Below, in pieces: positions 38,261 to 52,700 of a stretch of 64,000 bases of DNA; position 1 is the first letter of the stretch; each line of letters starts with the position of its first letter. The stretch is from contig NC_087250.1 in NCBI RefSeq assembly GCF_037042905.1, positions 14,634,001 through 14,698,000 of the forward strand, written 5' to 3'. A program made the translations under genes and the position numbers. Origin of the DNA: Lytechinus pictus (Eukaryota). The notes under the pieces were generated by a model. That model had not been told where the DNA came from, ran no database searches, and saw only the letters and a list, made by a program, of their open reading frames with translations.

Positions 38261-40339
38261 TTATATAACATAACATGGGGGCAGCTGCTTGTACATGTAT
38301 ATGACGTCACAATCAACAACTTGAAATTCAAATTACTTTCTTAATCTTTATAAATGGATTTAACATTTTCCTCAAACCTTCACCAATATTTTTAAAAGTA
38401 TTTTCTGCTATTTTTACGACAAAGCCTTTGTCAGGGTGAACTTCCCCTTTAACCTAAATTGTGATTGGTAGCCCAGTTGAGTGTTTATACAGCACAGGGG
38501 CTTGAAATTGACTCCTTTTGTGTCTGGAGTTTAGTCTTCAAAAACAGACCTTTCTTGTAATAAGTGAAAAATTTCAGCTCAATTTATCTTTTCCTGAAGA
38601 AACAAGAATCTTTGAAATACAAAGATCTACATGTACTTGTATGTTCCCAGACTGCCAAAGAAATAAACATACATACATACATATACTTACATGTACTTGT
38701 ACATGAAATGTGTAGGCATCTACATGTACATTTACATACATAGGCTTTAATACATGTTAAAACAAAAATATATAGTTTCAAAATAGTGCACTTCATGGGG
38801 TTCTTTGAAGAAAAAAAACCTTTTATACAATATCAAACTTCTCTAAAGCTTCAATAGGTAAATACCTGAAATATATGTTTACAGTACTACTTGTGAATAT
38901 GAATATAGGAGTATTAGATTGAGGACTGAATCCAAGACTATACGTCATCTCACAATCCTCTTTTTGACACTCTTGTGTCAGCTTCCCCCAGACAGAAGAG
39001 CTCCTCCCATTATGCATCAACACTTGATGTCCCCGCATAATGCATGCCTCATTAAACTCAGCTCATCACATTGCCAGCCGCAATAGCTGTGACCAGCCCC
39101 AAGAGGTTATACAGGTTTAGGGGCCCAAGCTTTTCAATCCCTATGAATATTCGAATCGGGATCCATTTCTTGGCAGCAATGGGCTTTTGCACAAAGGGGG
39201 TCACTATAAAAGGCTTTGTCTTTTGATAGAGTCTAGTCCTTGTCATTTGTGGCTCTCTTTAATTATCTACATCAGGGAATAATTTTCCTGGTATCACATC
39301 GCAATTTGCTCCACATTTTTGAAAGACTGCTAGATGCATAAAGTCTTTTGTATAGCATATTTTTACATTGGACTGTACATTACTTAGTTGAGGGCTTTTC
39401 TCTTATGACCAAAAATGCTATTCAAATTTGTAAAGCAAAATTATTCCCTGTACATGTACAGGTAGATGTATGGACATGTATGCCCTCCTGCTTTTCTTGC
39501 AATGTTTAATTAAATTTTGAGATAAGAAAGGTCATGGGTACTCCACTCATGCTTTTTTTAAAAGTATTGACTAATTGATTTATTGACTTTCCTACGTGTG
39601 AAGTACATGTCTTAATGTCTAATGAATGGTGTAATACGATTTCCCAATAAATTGTATTTTTTTGTTGCTACATGTAGTTAGGATGGCATGAATTTGAATA
39701 AAAATCATATTTTAAAAACTTGTTTTATAAACCTTTGTTTGAATTTTGAGAGTATTGAATTTGAATTTATTAACAAACTTCATTCATATGGCATGAATAT
39801 TTTGTTTTAACATATATACAATGATAACATGAACAAAAACATTCATAACTGTACATGTATGTCGTATAAATCAGTAATACATCAATACATAGATTTCCAA
39901 TTATTATAAAGATATACATCTATATATACAAAGAGAAATGACGAATTGAAATTTAACATAAAGAAGGTGTAGCATAATGCAATATATACATAAGTTATCT
40001 AATTATCGAATACAAATCAGGAAGTAAATAAATGTATAACGTTAGAGATATATCTTTGGTAATGGTGGCTTTGGTGGCTTTGAGATATTTTGAATGAAAT
40101 TTACAAAGAAAAAATGTACTAGATGTTTGACAAAAACTTTCATAAATGTAGGTCTGTGATTATTTGCTATATTTTGAATTAAAGGGAATGGATGAAATAT
40201 GTCCTCATAGACATGTACATGTATGCAGTTTCTTGTACAATCATGGACCATCATCACACAAAATATACATGTATGTGCAAAATGTCAAATACTTACAATT
40301 TATAAAATGTTGATGAAGTAAGCCTTGTATGATGGCATA

Positions 40340-40374
<35 letters not shown>

Positions 40375-42134
40375 GGGGGGGGGGTTAGGGGTCAGGTCAT
40401 TGACATATTTCTTCTCTTTTCATGAGTAAAAAGGAAATTGCCAAGGTATAGATGGTGTAAATAGGAAAAAAACACACATATACATGTACATCTACAATAC
40501 TGTAAAATAAGCCATGAGATATAAAAGAGAAGACAAAAAAAACCCAAAACAAAACCCAAAACTATATTAAAAGCATTATATAAACAATTAAATAAAGCCA
40601 AACATATTTATTAGCTCTAACAGAGAAGTACTGACACAGAAGTCCTGGATATTCCTGAGTTTTGAACTGGAGGTGAGAACCCTTATAAAACAAGCTTAAT
40701 TAAATATAAAGAGAAATATATATGCATGAGTTTTTCTTTTAAAACTGTACAAACTCAAGAAAACAATGTTCAATAATTATCAATAATGGAAACACTATCT
40801 CCTCTGCAAGTGGTCCCAAAATATTTTTCATTTAACTGGGAGGGGGGATTTAAAATTTTTGTTGTTGATATATTATAGGTCCACTGGTCAAGATATTTTT
40901 TAATGGAAATTACCAATCAAAAGAAATACCCACATTGTTTGGTCTTGGGCCTAGACTAGGGGGTGAAGTGGAGAGCATGAAAGATGCCATCATCTATGCA
41001 AATGAGCTCATGCATTATGCATGAGTGACTCACTGGGTCATCATGCTTGGCCTGCCAGTCGATCCACTCAGAGGAGAGACAAAAATTAGACAGAAATAAA
41101 GAGATAGGGGGAAGGGTGGAAGGGGGGGGGGGCTTGAATGAGGGACTTCTTTGTCTAATATCGGACAGTAAGCTGAGATGGACCTTTAGTTTGGCGGCAC
41201 ATTAGTTTTATGTATCAGAAGTGTCGATGCATTCATAATATGCATTTATATTGAGTGTTAGTGTGAGTTGGCTTGAAATTGACTGATTTTTATGATTATG
41301 AAAATGCTTCCCCCTCTCTCTCTCATTACTCTGATAATCATGCATGGAATTAGTATTTAAAAACAAAGACAAATATTGAATTGAATTGTATTTTTTTTAT
41401 CCACATTGCAGATGACGTCAGTTGAGAATATATATTCTATTCTTTTGAAATCTTTGAAATCATGATATGATTTTGAGTTACTTGGGATGACTTTCAGTAA
41501 TAGAACGATGGTCAGAAACCTCAATATTAAAGATAAGGGATTAATTGATTTACTCATGTAGTGGGAGAGTAATAAAGAAAAAGGAGTAATTTGGAGATAT
41601 AGGATTTACATTATGGACACGGAGAGAGAAAGAAAACAAGATAGATAGAGCGGAAAGAGGAGAGAGAGAGTGGGGGAGGGGGGGAGGATGACAGAGTGAA
41701 TGAGAGAGATAGATAATGTGAGGGAGAGGGAGAGACAAATAGAAAGATTAATAAGATCGGGGGGGGGGGGATGAGGGTGACATAGATGGAGAGAAAGATG
41801 GGGGTGGGGGTAGACAAAACAAAATTAAATACAAAATGTACAAGCATAATGAGAGAGAGTTTTTTTGAGAGCATTTGTGAATTATGACTCTGGAAACCGG
41901 GCATCTACAGTAATCACATGCATAAAATCCTATGTACTTGTTCATTATTAACTAGGTAATAATCCAATTACAGACAGTCCTTTGTCCCTGATATTGGAGT
42001 TTAGGAGGGTATTAGGGTTGTTCATTATGTGGTCTACAAATTATTAGCTAGAAGGTTATGAAGCAAGTTCTGTAGAGTGTGTTTCCAGGCTACAGTGTAT
42101 TTTGTTGTAATGTATCTGTCATACATTATGTGTA

Positions 42135-42365
42135 TTCATCATTATTATCATCATCATCATTCATCTCATCATCATCATCATCATTGTCACCATCATGGTC
42201 ATCATCATCATGATCATCATCATCATTATCATCATCATCATCATCATTCATCTCATTATTATCATCATCATCATCGTCGTCATCATCATCAACATCATCA
42301 TTGTCATAGTCCTCATCACCATCATCAAATACCGTCATCATTATCATCGATCATCACCATAGATC

Positions 42366-42448
<83 letters not shown>

Positions 42449-42482
42449 CATCACCATCATCATCATCAATCATCATCATCAT
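42135..42482. repeat. (CAT)n microsatellite
   Basis: Directly visible. Confidence 0.95.
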
Positions 42483-45262
42483 TCCTAGTGAATTCACGGT
42501 GTGTCACTAGCTAATGGAATTGTCGAAACAAATTTAAAGGGTCTGAATTATCAAGTGAGTCAAGACTATTACTTCCCTCTCGAAATACAATATGACACAG
42601 AGTTTGTAATCTGATTTTATGCATCAAGACCGATGAATTCATAAATTGGTAGAAATGCTGCATAATTGTCCTACATGTACATGATCACTGGAAGGTGCAT
42701 TTTTCTGCTCAAAAGTAAAAGGACCTTTTATTCACCATCACATGTTCACAATTGGAAAGACATATTTTAGGGCGGACAAAAATGATTTAGCACAATAATG
42801 AGTAGAACTATGCCCTTTGAAAACCTGTGTTTCCAGGTTGAAAAAAAAATGTTGATGCAGCCTAAATATAACCCATGACTCAGAGTACTCAACATACCCG
42901 TTTTAATAAATTATTACTTGGAGAAAAGCAAACATACATTGTATGTACAGTAAATCTGTGAACATTAATGTAAATTAATGTAAGGTACATACATGTATGT
43001 AAAAAGCCTTCAACAACTGAATATTGTAAATTATAGGGGGGCGGGTTAGGTAGCAGCTTCTAAATTTTGCCCAATGCACAGTGAATCTGACAATTTCATT
43101 GCATTCAGAGGTTAGTGATGGTTTTCCACTAAAACCAGTATAGGAAATACATGTATATTATGTACAAGAGATTTTGCCCTCATGGCAGTCCCAAATCGCC
43201 CCTAAAATCCACCAAATTGGATGCTTTGGGGCAAATATCTTTTTTTAAGAGTTGCCCCACGATCTACCACCACAATGTTCTTGAATAATTATTTTAGAAG
43301 ATCAATGTTTTACATACTGCAGATTGATGATATATGTTATTGTATGAAAAATTAGCCCTTAAATTGAAAGAAATAGCCCCCCCCCCAGAATTCAGCAATT
43401 GCCCTTTAATATGAAGAAAGAAATAGCCCCTTAACAACAAATAATTCCTACCCAGTACTAAACATTTCTCTAAACCATAGACAAAAGAGGTAATGAAGTA
43501 TAAGTAAGGACCGGTATACATGAGGGCGACGGGCGATGTTGCCCTCATGACAGCCCAAATAGCCCTTTAAATTCCCCCAAAATGCATGCTTTGGGGGCAA
43601 CCGGTCTTTCTAACTTCGCCTCAAGATCTGTTAGAAAAAATATTCAAGATTATTAAACATCAATATTCTGAATGATGGTATTTGCTTTTACTGCATAATT
43701 GCTTGTTACCCCGAAAATGTAGCCCAGGTAATGAAAGAAATAGCCCCCCAAATTTGGCAATTGCCCCAATGTGGAAAAAAGGTAGACCCTAAAAATAAAA
43801 ATGAATTCCTACCTTGGTATGGACTGCGTACTAGCATCTAAGATTTTCAGGGCTTTATACATTTTGGGGGTCACTTTTTCCTTTCCAATTTAACATTCTG
43901 GAATAAAAACTTAAAAATAATTTTATGGTAGGATAAAAATTCATTGTCTTGAACATGAATTATGAATGTTTGACTTGGGTGAAGGTCTTTCTGAGTTCAG
44001 TACCCCGAGGTTTTAACTTGATGACAAAAACATCAGTCATCAAATTTATTTATGAATAATTCATTTGCGAGAGTTCGTTGGTGAAGGCTTACATTTTGTG
44101 AGTTCTAGTCTTGCATTCAGGAATTATACAGTAAGTTTAGTATTTTATCTCTGATATACTTTGAAAATTGTCTACTGGTATTAAAGTACGTTGTAAATGT
44201 TGGCACAGATAGTGTATCTTTTTCTCTTTCCGTCTTTCTCTTTGTTTAGAAAGTCAAAAGCAGAATCTTCGTCGGAGGCAAAATGACCTTTCTCTTTGTC
44301 TCTCTATGCTCTCTTTATCTCACTCTCCATCTATATCTTCCTCTTTCATTTTCTTTCTCCCTCTCTTCCTTTCTCTTCCCCTCTCTCTTTCTCTTCCCCT
44401 CTCTCTTCCCCCTCTCTCCTCCTTCATGCATTTTCTTCCAGAGCTATTTGACACATTTATACATGTACAACATATAAACACTTTGGTGGTAATTTCAATG
44501 GAATCTGTTTTTAAAAAACTCATTTTGAGATTGTTACCACAACTGGTATTTACCTTTATGCTTCATCATTATATTATCTGTCCCTCATTCTTTTTCTGTC
44601 CCTCTTTCTTAATATCTGTCTCTCTATTTCTCTGACCCTTTCTCTCATTCTTAATATCCTTTATCCATTCTGTCAATGCAAACTTCACATTCACATACAT
44701 CTATATAATGATATAAACTGGATATTTGATTTTTTGTTCCTGAAATTCAGACTAATTTCTGAGGATGGATATCGTGTGATGAAAGTAGGCTGTATATTGA
44801 AAGGTCAATTCAAGAGTGATTGTGGTCGAGAGGGGGCGGGATGATGATGATACATGTAGTTCTCTTGTCAATCTATTTCGCAGATTACATATATTTTAAT
44901 CAAATAGTTTTGTAGTAGATACGTGTATATACAGTACACTGTGTCTGCTGCATTTGTGTAGATCCCCTTTTCTCAGTACTGTTCGATAATGATGGGTATT
45001 TTGACTATACTGTGATTTTTTTACAAAAATTAGATTCAGTGAAATTTTTTTATTGTGAGCAGTGCCTCCATTAAAGAAATCTTTTCAGTCGTTCGTTCGT
45101 TCTTTCTTTCTTTCTTTCGGTAACTTGGGGCAGCATCGGTAAAATGAAGAAAATATCCAGAAATTAGCAATTTCGAGAGGAACAAGCCGCTTTCTATCAA
45201 CTCAGCTGAAATAGTTTGGCACTTATGCTCTACGATAATACTGTTTCAGCTCTAAATAAGGA

Positions 45263-45665
45263 GCAGTGAACGTGCATATTCATGAGCTATATACCCGTAC
45301 ATGACTTCGTACATAATTAATGAGCTCACTATTAAAGAAAGAGCACACTCACATTTCACCTGTTCAGGAAAAGGAGCTGTAAGACGTGCATATTCATGAG
45401 CTTTATGCTCCCTGCATGACTTAATGCATAATTCATGAGCCCTCATCCAAGAAGAGAGAGCACAATCACATAGTCAGCTGCAAAGCTGTGATCATCATGA
45501 ATATTCATGAGCCCAATACCCCCTGCATGACTTCATGCATAATTCATGAGCTCCCATCCAAGCAGAGAGAGCACGATCACATTGTCAGCTGCAGAGCCAT
45601 GATCATGCATAGTCATGAGCTCAATACCCCCTGCATGACCTCATGCATAATGCACGAGCTCTCTC
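45263..45665. repeat. Four diverged ~107-115 bp tandem units rich in POU-type sites
   Basis: Each unit reads TGCATATTCATGAGC...CTGCATGACTTCATGCATAATTCATGAGC...GAGAGCAC.ATCACA. Confidence 0.85.
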
Positions 45666-46779
45666 GCCCATGTGTGTACTGGCGTATGAAGAAAGAGATG
45701 AGGGGGAGTGATGGAGAGAGATGGAGAGTGAGAGAGAGAGAGGAGAAACCCCAGACAAGGCGTTAGTATGGTGAGCATGTGTGCGATCACTGGGCGGACC
45801 ATACGAAGCCTCTACCATTGAAACCGTGCATGGAAGATCTATTGTAAACATTCAGATTTTGTTTATTAACCCTGTGGAGTTGCCTTGCAAATGCACCCCA
45901 GTGAATGAATGACCAGTGTGGTTTTTAGCCAGGAATCCATACGTTTCTATCGGATTTTACTCGTATGCATCCAGATTTGTGGTGAGTTTCAAACCATCCC
46001 CACTTTATGGTGTACTGTAGATTCTAGAATCATGCACATCCACCACTGCACAGTGAATCAGGTGGCAGTGAGGTGTATATGATATATCTGGTTTAAGTTG
46101 CAGTTGTTGTCATTGCCATGTATACCCTGGTATCTGGGATCTAGTTTTCATCATCTTGATCAATCTTAAGCAAGATGGACATTGGTCCTGTTTTATTTCG
46201 TTTTTAGGCCTGGGGGCTGTTTCATATATTAAAGCTGTTCATATTAAAGTTAAAAGCGACTTTAAGAGCGACTGGTGAACGTTTCTTACGTGCTTAATAA
46301 TCACCATTGAAAATTTAAAGGTGAAAATCATTTACCATATTCAAGGATCACCAGTTGGTCTTAAAGTCGCTTTTAACTTACGAACAGCTTTATGAAACAC
46401 CCACTGGTCTGCTGTATGACCATTGATTTGCACATCAGGTTTGCACTGATTTTCAGGCTGAAACACTCCTCTACATGTGGGTATAGACTATACATGTAGA
46501 TACTGTACAGTGCAGTATAATACTTGTCATAATTCAATTTGAATTGAATCTTATTTTGTAGCATAATGGCTGAAAATTGAATAGACCGGTTCACTGAGAA
46601 AATATCTTTGTATTGTGTGTGCACGTATATGTAAAGTAGGGAGATGAAGATGCACAAAATAGATGGATACATGGTAATGTACTCATATTGTATTTATTAT
46701 CTTTCATGGTTATAGTTTGTCAAATTATGAGTGAATAGACATGTTCACTGTAGATATTTGCATTGGGTTATATAGATGA

Positions 46780-47290
46780 AGAAAGAGTAGTTTTAATACA
46801 TGGATGCATAGCGGCGGTAGTCATGCGCATTTATATGACACCTAGATAGCTCCTTGTGATTTGATTGGTTGTTTGATATCGTTCATTCAGCCCATTTTGC
46901 AATGACGTCATCAACCGTGCAATTTCGGATCCATTCATCGTGCAATTTTGGATCCATACGATTTTGTCCATTGCACGCGCGCACTGAGACTGCAGCTGCA
47001 GGCACCAGCAGTGCGCATGTTGTAATGACGTAACAATCAACAGACCGAACTCGCACTGAATGAGCATGTTTTGCATCGAAATTCATAAATTTCATATGAA
47101 AAAAAATAAATCAATTTTTAGGTGTCATATAAACCAAATTATGAATGTTTTTCATTCGTGCAATGGACAGAATACTTCATTCGGTGAAAGATGAAATAAT
47201 GATCCATTGGATCCAATCGATCATGTCATCTTTCACCTCATGAAATATTCTGTCCATTGCACTCATAAACATTCATTATTTGTATACTAG
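46780..47290. mobile_element. Crypton-like non-autonomous element (tentative)
   Basis: Inverted pair TTTATATGACACCTA/TAGGTGTCATATAAA plus a terminal long hairpin (TGCAATGGACAGAATA...TATTCTGTCCATTGCA). CpG-rich, with no TSD seen. Confidence 0.45.
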
Positions 47291-47497
47291 TCGCTCATAA
47301 TTTTCTTTTGTAGTACAATGAAGTAATAGACAAGTTCACAGCATAAACTGTATAATATGGAGATATGAAGACGTTTTTAAAATACATGTGGATACATAAA
47401 TGATGTCTTTCCTGCTCAAATATTCCATTTGAATTATTTTCTAATTATTGTGTTTGCGGAAATCCCTATGTGGTGCTCTAGCATTTCAAGGACTTAA

Positions 47498-47892
47498 AGA
47501 GAAATTCCAGTAGTTGCAGTAAACACTGATTTCACGAGAAAGTCTGTAAAACCAGGCTTAATTGTCAGTTTATCATCGAGGATCTAGATCTGGTACAGTT
47601 ACATAAACTGAACTTTGTGAAATCTTGCAATCTACTCTGAAAAATGTTCAGACTGAACTTCCCCAACACAGATAAGCGCACGTGGGACAGTGTATAATTA
47701 TTGCTTTGAGCGTCGGGCCCGACGCTCTACCCGAATCCTGTGCTTATTTGCTGATTTCTCAGCAATTACACAATTTCTTCCAGAATCCTTTGGCACATGC
47801 GTTTTATTTATACAAACAGACACTTTGGTGGTCATTTCAATGGATTATGTACGAACTCATTTTGATATCGTTACCAAAACTAGCATTTACCT
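47498..47892. mobile_element. Kolobok-type MITE
   Basis: TTAA|AGAGAAATTCCAGT ... ACTAGCATTTACCT|TTAA. Confidence 0.8.
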
Positions 47893-47954
47893 TTAAATTC
47901 TTCCATTTGTATGTACTGTTGCTCTAAACACACCTGGGTCGTAAGTGTAGATTA

Positions 47955-48593
47955 ATAGACACCTTTCGTTTTCTGTGACAAGCCATGTGGACGTACGAGA
48001 TTAAGGAATTTTGGGAGCGCTGCGCATGCCCGAAGTAATCTGTGACGAGTCTTCTCGTTCACTGCCCAAATCTGTGACTCGTATTTGAGGGTTTTGACGT
48101 TCGGTGTCATAGTGCTCGAACGAGCGCTAGTTCGTACATGATGACGTCATCCAAGCTTTGCAAAAATGAATGAAGCTGCATCAACATTCGAGTTTCGTTG
48201 ATTCAGCAGGGCTGGTAAACTGCAAATTAATGCTTGTTACCAGCTTTTCCATTACATTTAGTGTGTCCTGTTTTCAGACACTACATATCCGATAGGTAAT
48301 TGATGTTCTATTTCCAAACAACTGTTTTTTCGGCTTTTTGCGCAAGAGTGCAAATGTTGCACCCACAGTCGCCCCACTGGTTCGTAGCGTGATGCTACGC
48401 CTGATTCTCCGGCCGAGCATCGGCCCACGGCCCGCTCGCTATCACGCTGGTATATGCTGTGGCCTGGTACGGGTACGTCGACTTAAATCGAAACTGTTTT
48501 CATCAATGTACGAACGTGATACTGAACGAGCAGTGTCACCACTTCCGGTGGACTAGGCTACGTTGCAGTCGCAGACAATCGAAAGCTTACTAA
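47955..48593. mobile_element. CpG-rich element with imperfect TIRs (Harbinger-like)
   Basis: TAGACACCTTTCGTTTTCTGTGAC ... GTCGCAGACAATCGAAAGCTTACTA, with TAA-rich flanks. Confidence 0.55.
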
Positions 48594-48724
48594 TAATTGA
48601 AATGCTTTGGTCAAAAGACAATGTTCATGTGACAGAAATCAAAACCATTCATAGTTTACAGTTCATTTGTACAAAATCAATATGATGATCGTTGCAGTGA
48701 TGATAAATTTTAGGATTTATAAAA

Positions 48725-49750
48725 GATGATGTTGATGGTGGTGGTGGTGGTAATGATGATGGTGGTGGTGATGATGGTGATGATGATGCTGCTGATGATG
48801 ATGATAGTGATATTGATGGTGGTGGTAGTGATAATGATGGTGATAGCGATGATGATGATTATGGTGATGATGATTATGATGATGGTGATGATGATGGTGG
48901 TGGTGATGATGATGATGATGGTGATGATGATGGTGGTGGTGATGATGGTGGTGGTAATGATGTTGGTGGTGGTGGTGATGATGGTGGTGATGGTGATGAT
49001 GGTGGTGGTGATGATGATGGTGATGATGATGATGATGGTGGTGGTGGTGATGATAGCGGTGGTGATAGTGGTGATGGTGGTGGTGATGGTGGTTGTGAGG
49101 ATGGTGGTGATGATGATGGTGGTGGTGGTGATGATGGTGATGGTGATGATGGTGGTGGTGATGAAACTGATGATGGTGGTGTTGGTGGTGGTGATGGTGA
49201 TGGTGATGATGATCATCATGATGGTGATGATGGTGGTGATGATGATGGTGATGATGATGGTGGTGGTGATGATGGTGATCATGATGGTGATCATGATGGT
49301 GATCATGATGATGATGGTGTTGGTGATGGTGGTGGTGGTGATGATGGTGGTGGTGATGATGGTGGTAGTGATGACGATGATGATGTTGGTGGTGGTGATG
49401 GTTTTGATGATGGTGATGGTGGTAGTGATAATGGTTGTGGTGGTGATGATGATGATAGTGGTGGTGGTGGTTAAGATGATGATGGTGATGATGGTAGTGG
49501 GGTAATGATGATGGTGGTGATGGTGGTGGTGGTGGTGATGATGATGATGGTCATGGTGGTGGTGATGGTGGTGATGATGATGATGGTGGTGGTGATGATG
49601 GTGGTGATGATGATGATGATGATGATGATGATAATGATGATGGTGGTGATGATGATGGTGGTGATGATGATGGTGATGGTGTTGGTGGTGATGATGATGA
49701 TGATGGTTGTGATGATGATGATGGATGATGATGATATGATGATGGTGGTG
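48725..49750. repeat. (GAT)n/(GGT)n compound microsatellite
   Basis: Directly visible. Confidence 0.95.
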
Positions 49751-52700
49751 ACTGGAGAGAAAGGAAAAGAGAGGAGAGAAATACAGTACCACAGCCAAAA
49801 CAGTAAGGAGATGAGAATTATAAAGTTATTAGCAAGGGACCTCAATAAAAAGAGAAGGGAGAAATAATGAATCACATCAAAAAGATACTATGTATTTTTG
49901 TTTCCATCAAGTCTGTGCAGTCCTACATCCTAAAAACCCAATTAAACCACCCTCCCACCAGGGGGAGAGAGAAGATGATAAACACCATCCTATCATCCTG
50001 GAATAGGCCCTCACACCTTAAAGGGGGTTGACTCGCACTATGGGATGATTTGGATGGATGCATTCTTGTCGGCATAAATTACCACTAGGTGCTTTATACC
50101 TTCGTGGCACTATTTAATCAAGAAATTATTCCGTGGTCACAAATTACAGAAATTATGTGCAATTATTAAGTTCTCAATTATGGATTTTTCCAACTAAAGG
50201 AGGAGGAGATATTAGTTTCATTATCATTACCAGCAACTTCATCATCTTCATCACCAATAACATAATCATCAACATCTTCCTTATTCAGGGAATAATTTTC
50301 CTGGTATCACATCGCAATTGCTCCATATTTTTCAGACTATATATATATACTACACAAAACATCTTTTAGTGTACACCCCTGTAGCAGATATTTACATAGG
50401 ACTGAATAGAAAGTAATTGAGAGCATTTCTCTTACATCCAAATTTTGTATTTAAGCAATATTATTCCCTCTCACTATCAATTTATCCTCATCAACAACAA
50501 CATCATCATCACCAATCGTCATCGTCATCATCATCATCAATCATTATGATATTTTATCATCATCATCATCAATTATCATCATTATTGTCACCATCATCAC
50601 TGTCATTGCTACCGTCATCATCAGCACCATCTTTGGCGTCGTCAATATTATCATCATTATCACCAACATCATCATCATCATAATTTTCTTCAATGATATT
50701 GAAGTGAAGTAATCTGGTGGTTCTGACAGACTGACACTAGACTTCATGTTGAGGGTTCAATTCTAAACTTCATATTTTTATACAGTCATCCCTCTAATAT
50801 GCACTTCTGGAGAAATTTCTCTCAAAACGTCTTTCTAATCGTGATACTTAGTAAAGAATGGCAACCGAACGTCACTCTAGGAGTAAACTAAATTTACAGG
50901 CATGCCTCTATACAAATTAATGCACAATCTCTCTCTCAATCCAATACTGTATGAGAGGATTTTCAGATCGGTTCTTAAAATAGAACACAGGTGCCTGGCA
51001 GTGGTTCGTGATTTCATCAATAGAAACTGTTCTTATAGACGCGAGAAGGGGCCCCCATATCATTTTCATAAGGCTTTTTTTTAAGATTGAAATGGAATTA
51101 TGGGAATGTCATTTATTTGCCTGCCAATGGCTCAGGATTTCATCAGTAGCAAATGTTCTTTATCAAAATGAACCGATATCATTTTCATCAGGCAGGCTTT
51201 TGAAATTGAGATGGGATTATGTCATTTATCATAAATATTTACCCAATATTAGCATTTAGTGCTGAACTGCAGTGTGAATACAATAACTTGCCAATTAGTA
51301 TGTTGAGATGTTTTTCAAAACCTATCTTTTGTTTTGGTATAATCCCCCCAAAAGTGCATATGTCACTATTCCAACTCATTACTAGATTTTAATACTTGTG
51401 CCCCAATATGGTTATAATGGTGTGAAGCATTTGTGTTTTATTGGATAAATTTAATGATCATACAAAAAAATAATAATTTGATTTGGTGCTACATAAAAAT
51501 GAAATATCTGCAAATTTCTGTGTATTTTTGTCTTTTGTATATAGTCCTTCTCAATCATGGATTGGGCTGAAAATTTTAGGATATCTTTGTCAGTAGCTTC
51601 TAGTATCTAAGATGAGTGCTTAAACAGCTAATGGACATAAAAATAGAAACATTACAGAGAGAGAAAAATAGAATCATTACCGAGAGAGGATGCTAGATTT
51701 ACATTTAAATCCAAACAGCTGGAAAAATGCTGTATTTGAATTCTAACCCATTGGTAAACTATGCTTTTGTATTATATATTGTAATGTTCAGTGATACTGT
51801 ATAATTCACATTACTGGTCCTTTAACAATAATATAGACAGGCTTTAATATTTTATGTTTAACTGAATATGTGGAAAGATTTTTGGATTTGAAGAGATATT
51901 TTAATTAGCTCTATTTATTTAATTCTACTTAATGGATAGATGAAAGAGAGAGAGAGGGGAGAAAGAGATATAACAGAGAGAGAGTGGAGGGGGGGGGGAT
52001 GTGGGATAGGACTGACGGGGGGGGGGGAACATGTAGGACTGATGGGGGGGGGGGGGTGATACATGTAGAACAAAGGCGGGGGGGGGGATAGTGTGAAGTA
52101 CATAGGGAATCTCAGACTATTTTGAATTTCATCTGTTGAGTGGCAAGTTTATGAAATTTGTATGGGTTTTGAAATGACATTGCACTGCATTGAAAATTTA
52201 CAAAGTGGTTTGGAGAAATCAATTTCCATATAACAAAGGAAGGCAAAATTAAATCCTGAGGATATCAGTTTAAAGTACACCAAAAATCAACCTTTGAATA
52301 GCTGAGAATGTATGAAGGATGACAGGGAATTTTGAATACAAAAAGGACATGCTCCTGGCTACATGCTATTACATTTCTGCCTGTTTAATGTGAATTGTTT
52401 CATTTATTTGCCTTTTTGAAAAAAAATTGCTTGGCTGGTACATGTATCTTGTAAGTCCAAATATCATTTGGTGATTCTTTAGATTTTGAAAATAATCTTT
52501 TAGGATTCAAATTAAATTGAAAATTCAATTGCTCTCAATTAAAACCCCTGAAGTCAGGTTTAATAGACCATGGTCAAACTCTGTGCTAAAATTATGGGAA
52601 GCTTGCAATTAAAATATTTTGTTTATATTGTATATTTCTTATGTTTACTATTTTGTTGTTTCCTTTTGCTTTCATAATAAGGAAAAATACTTCAGTATCA

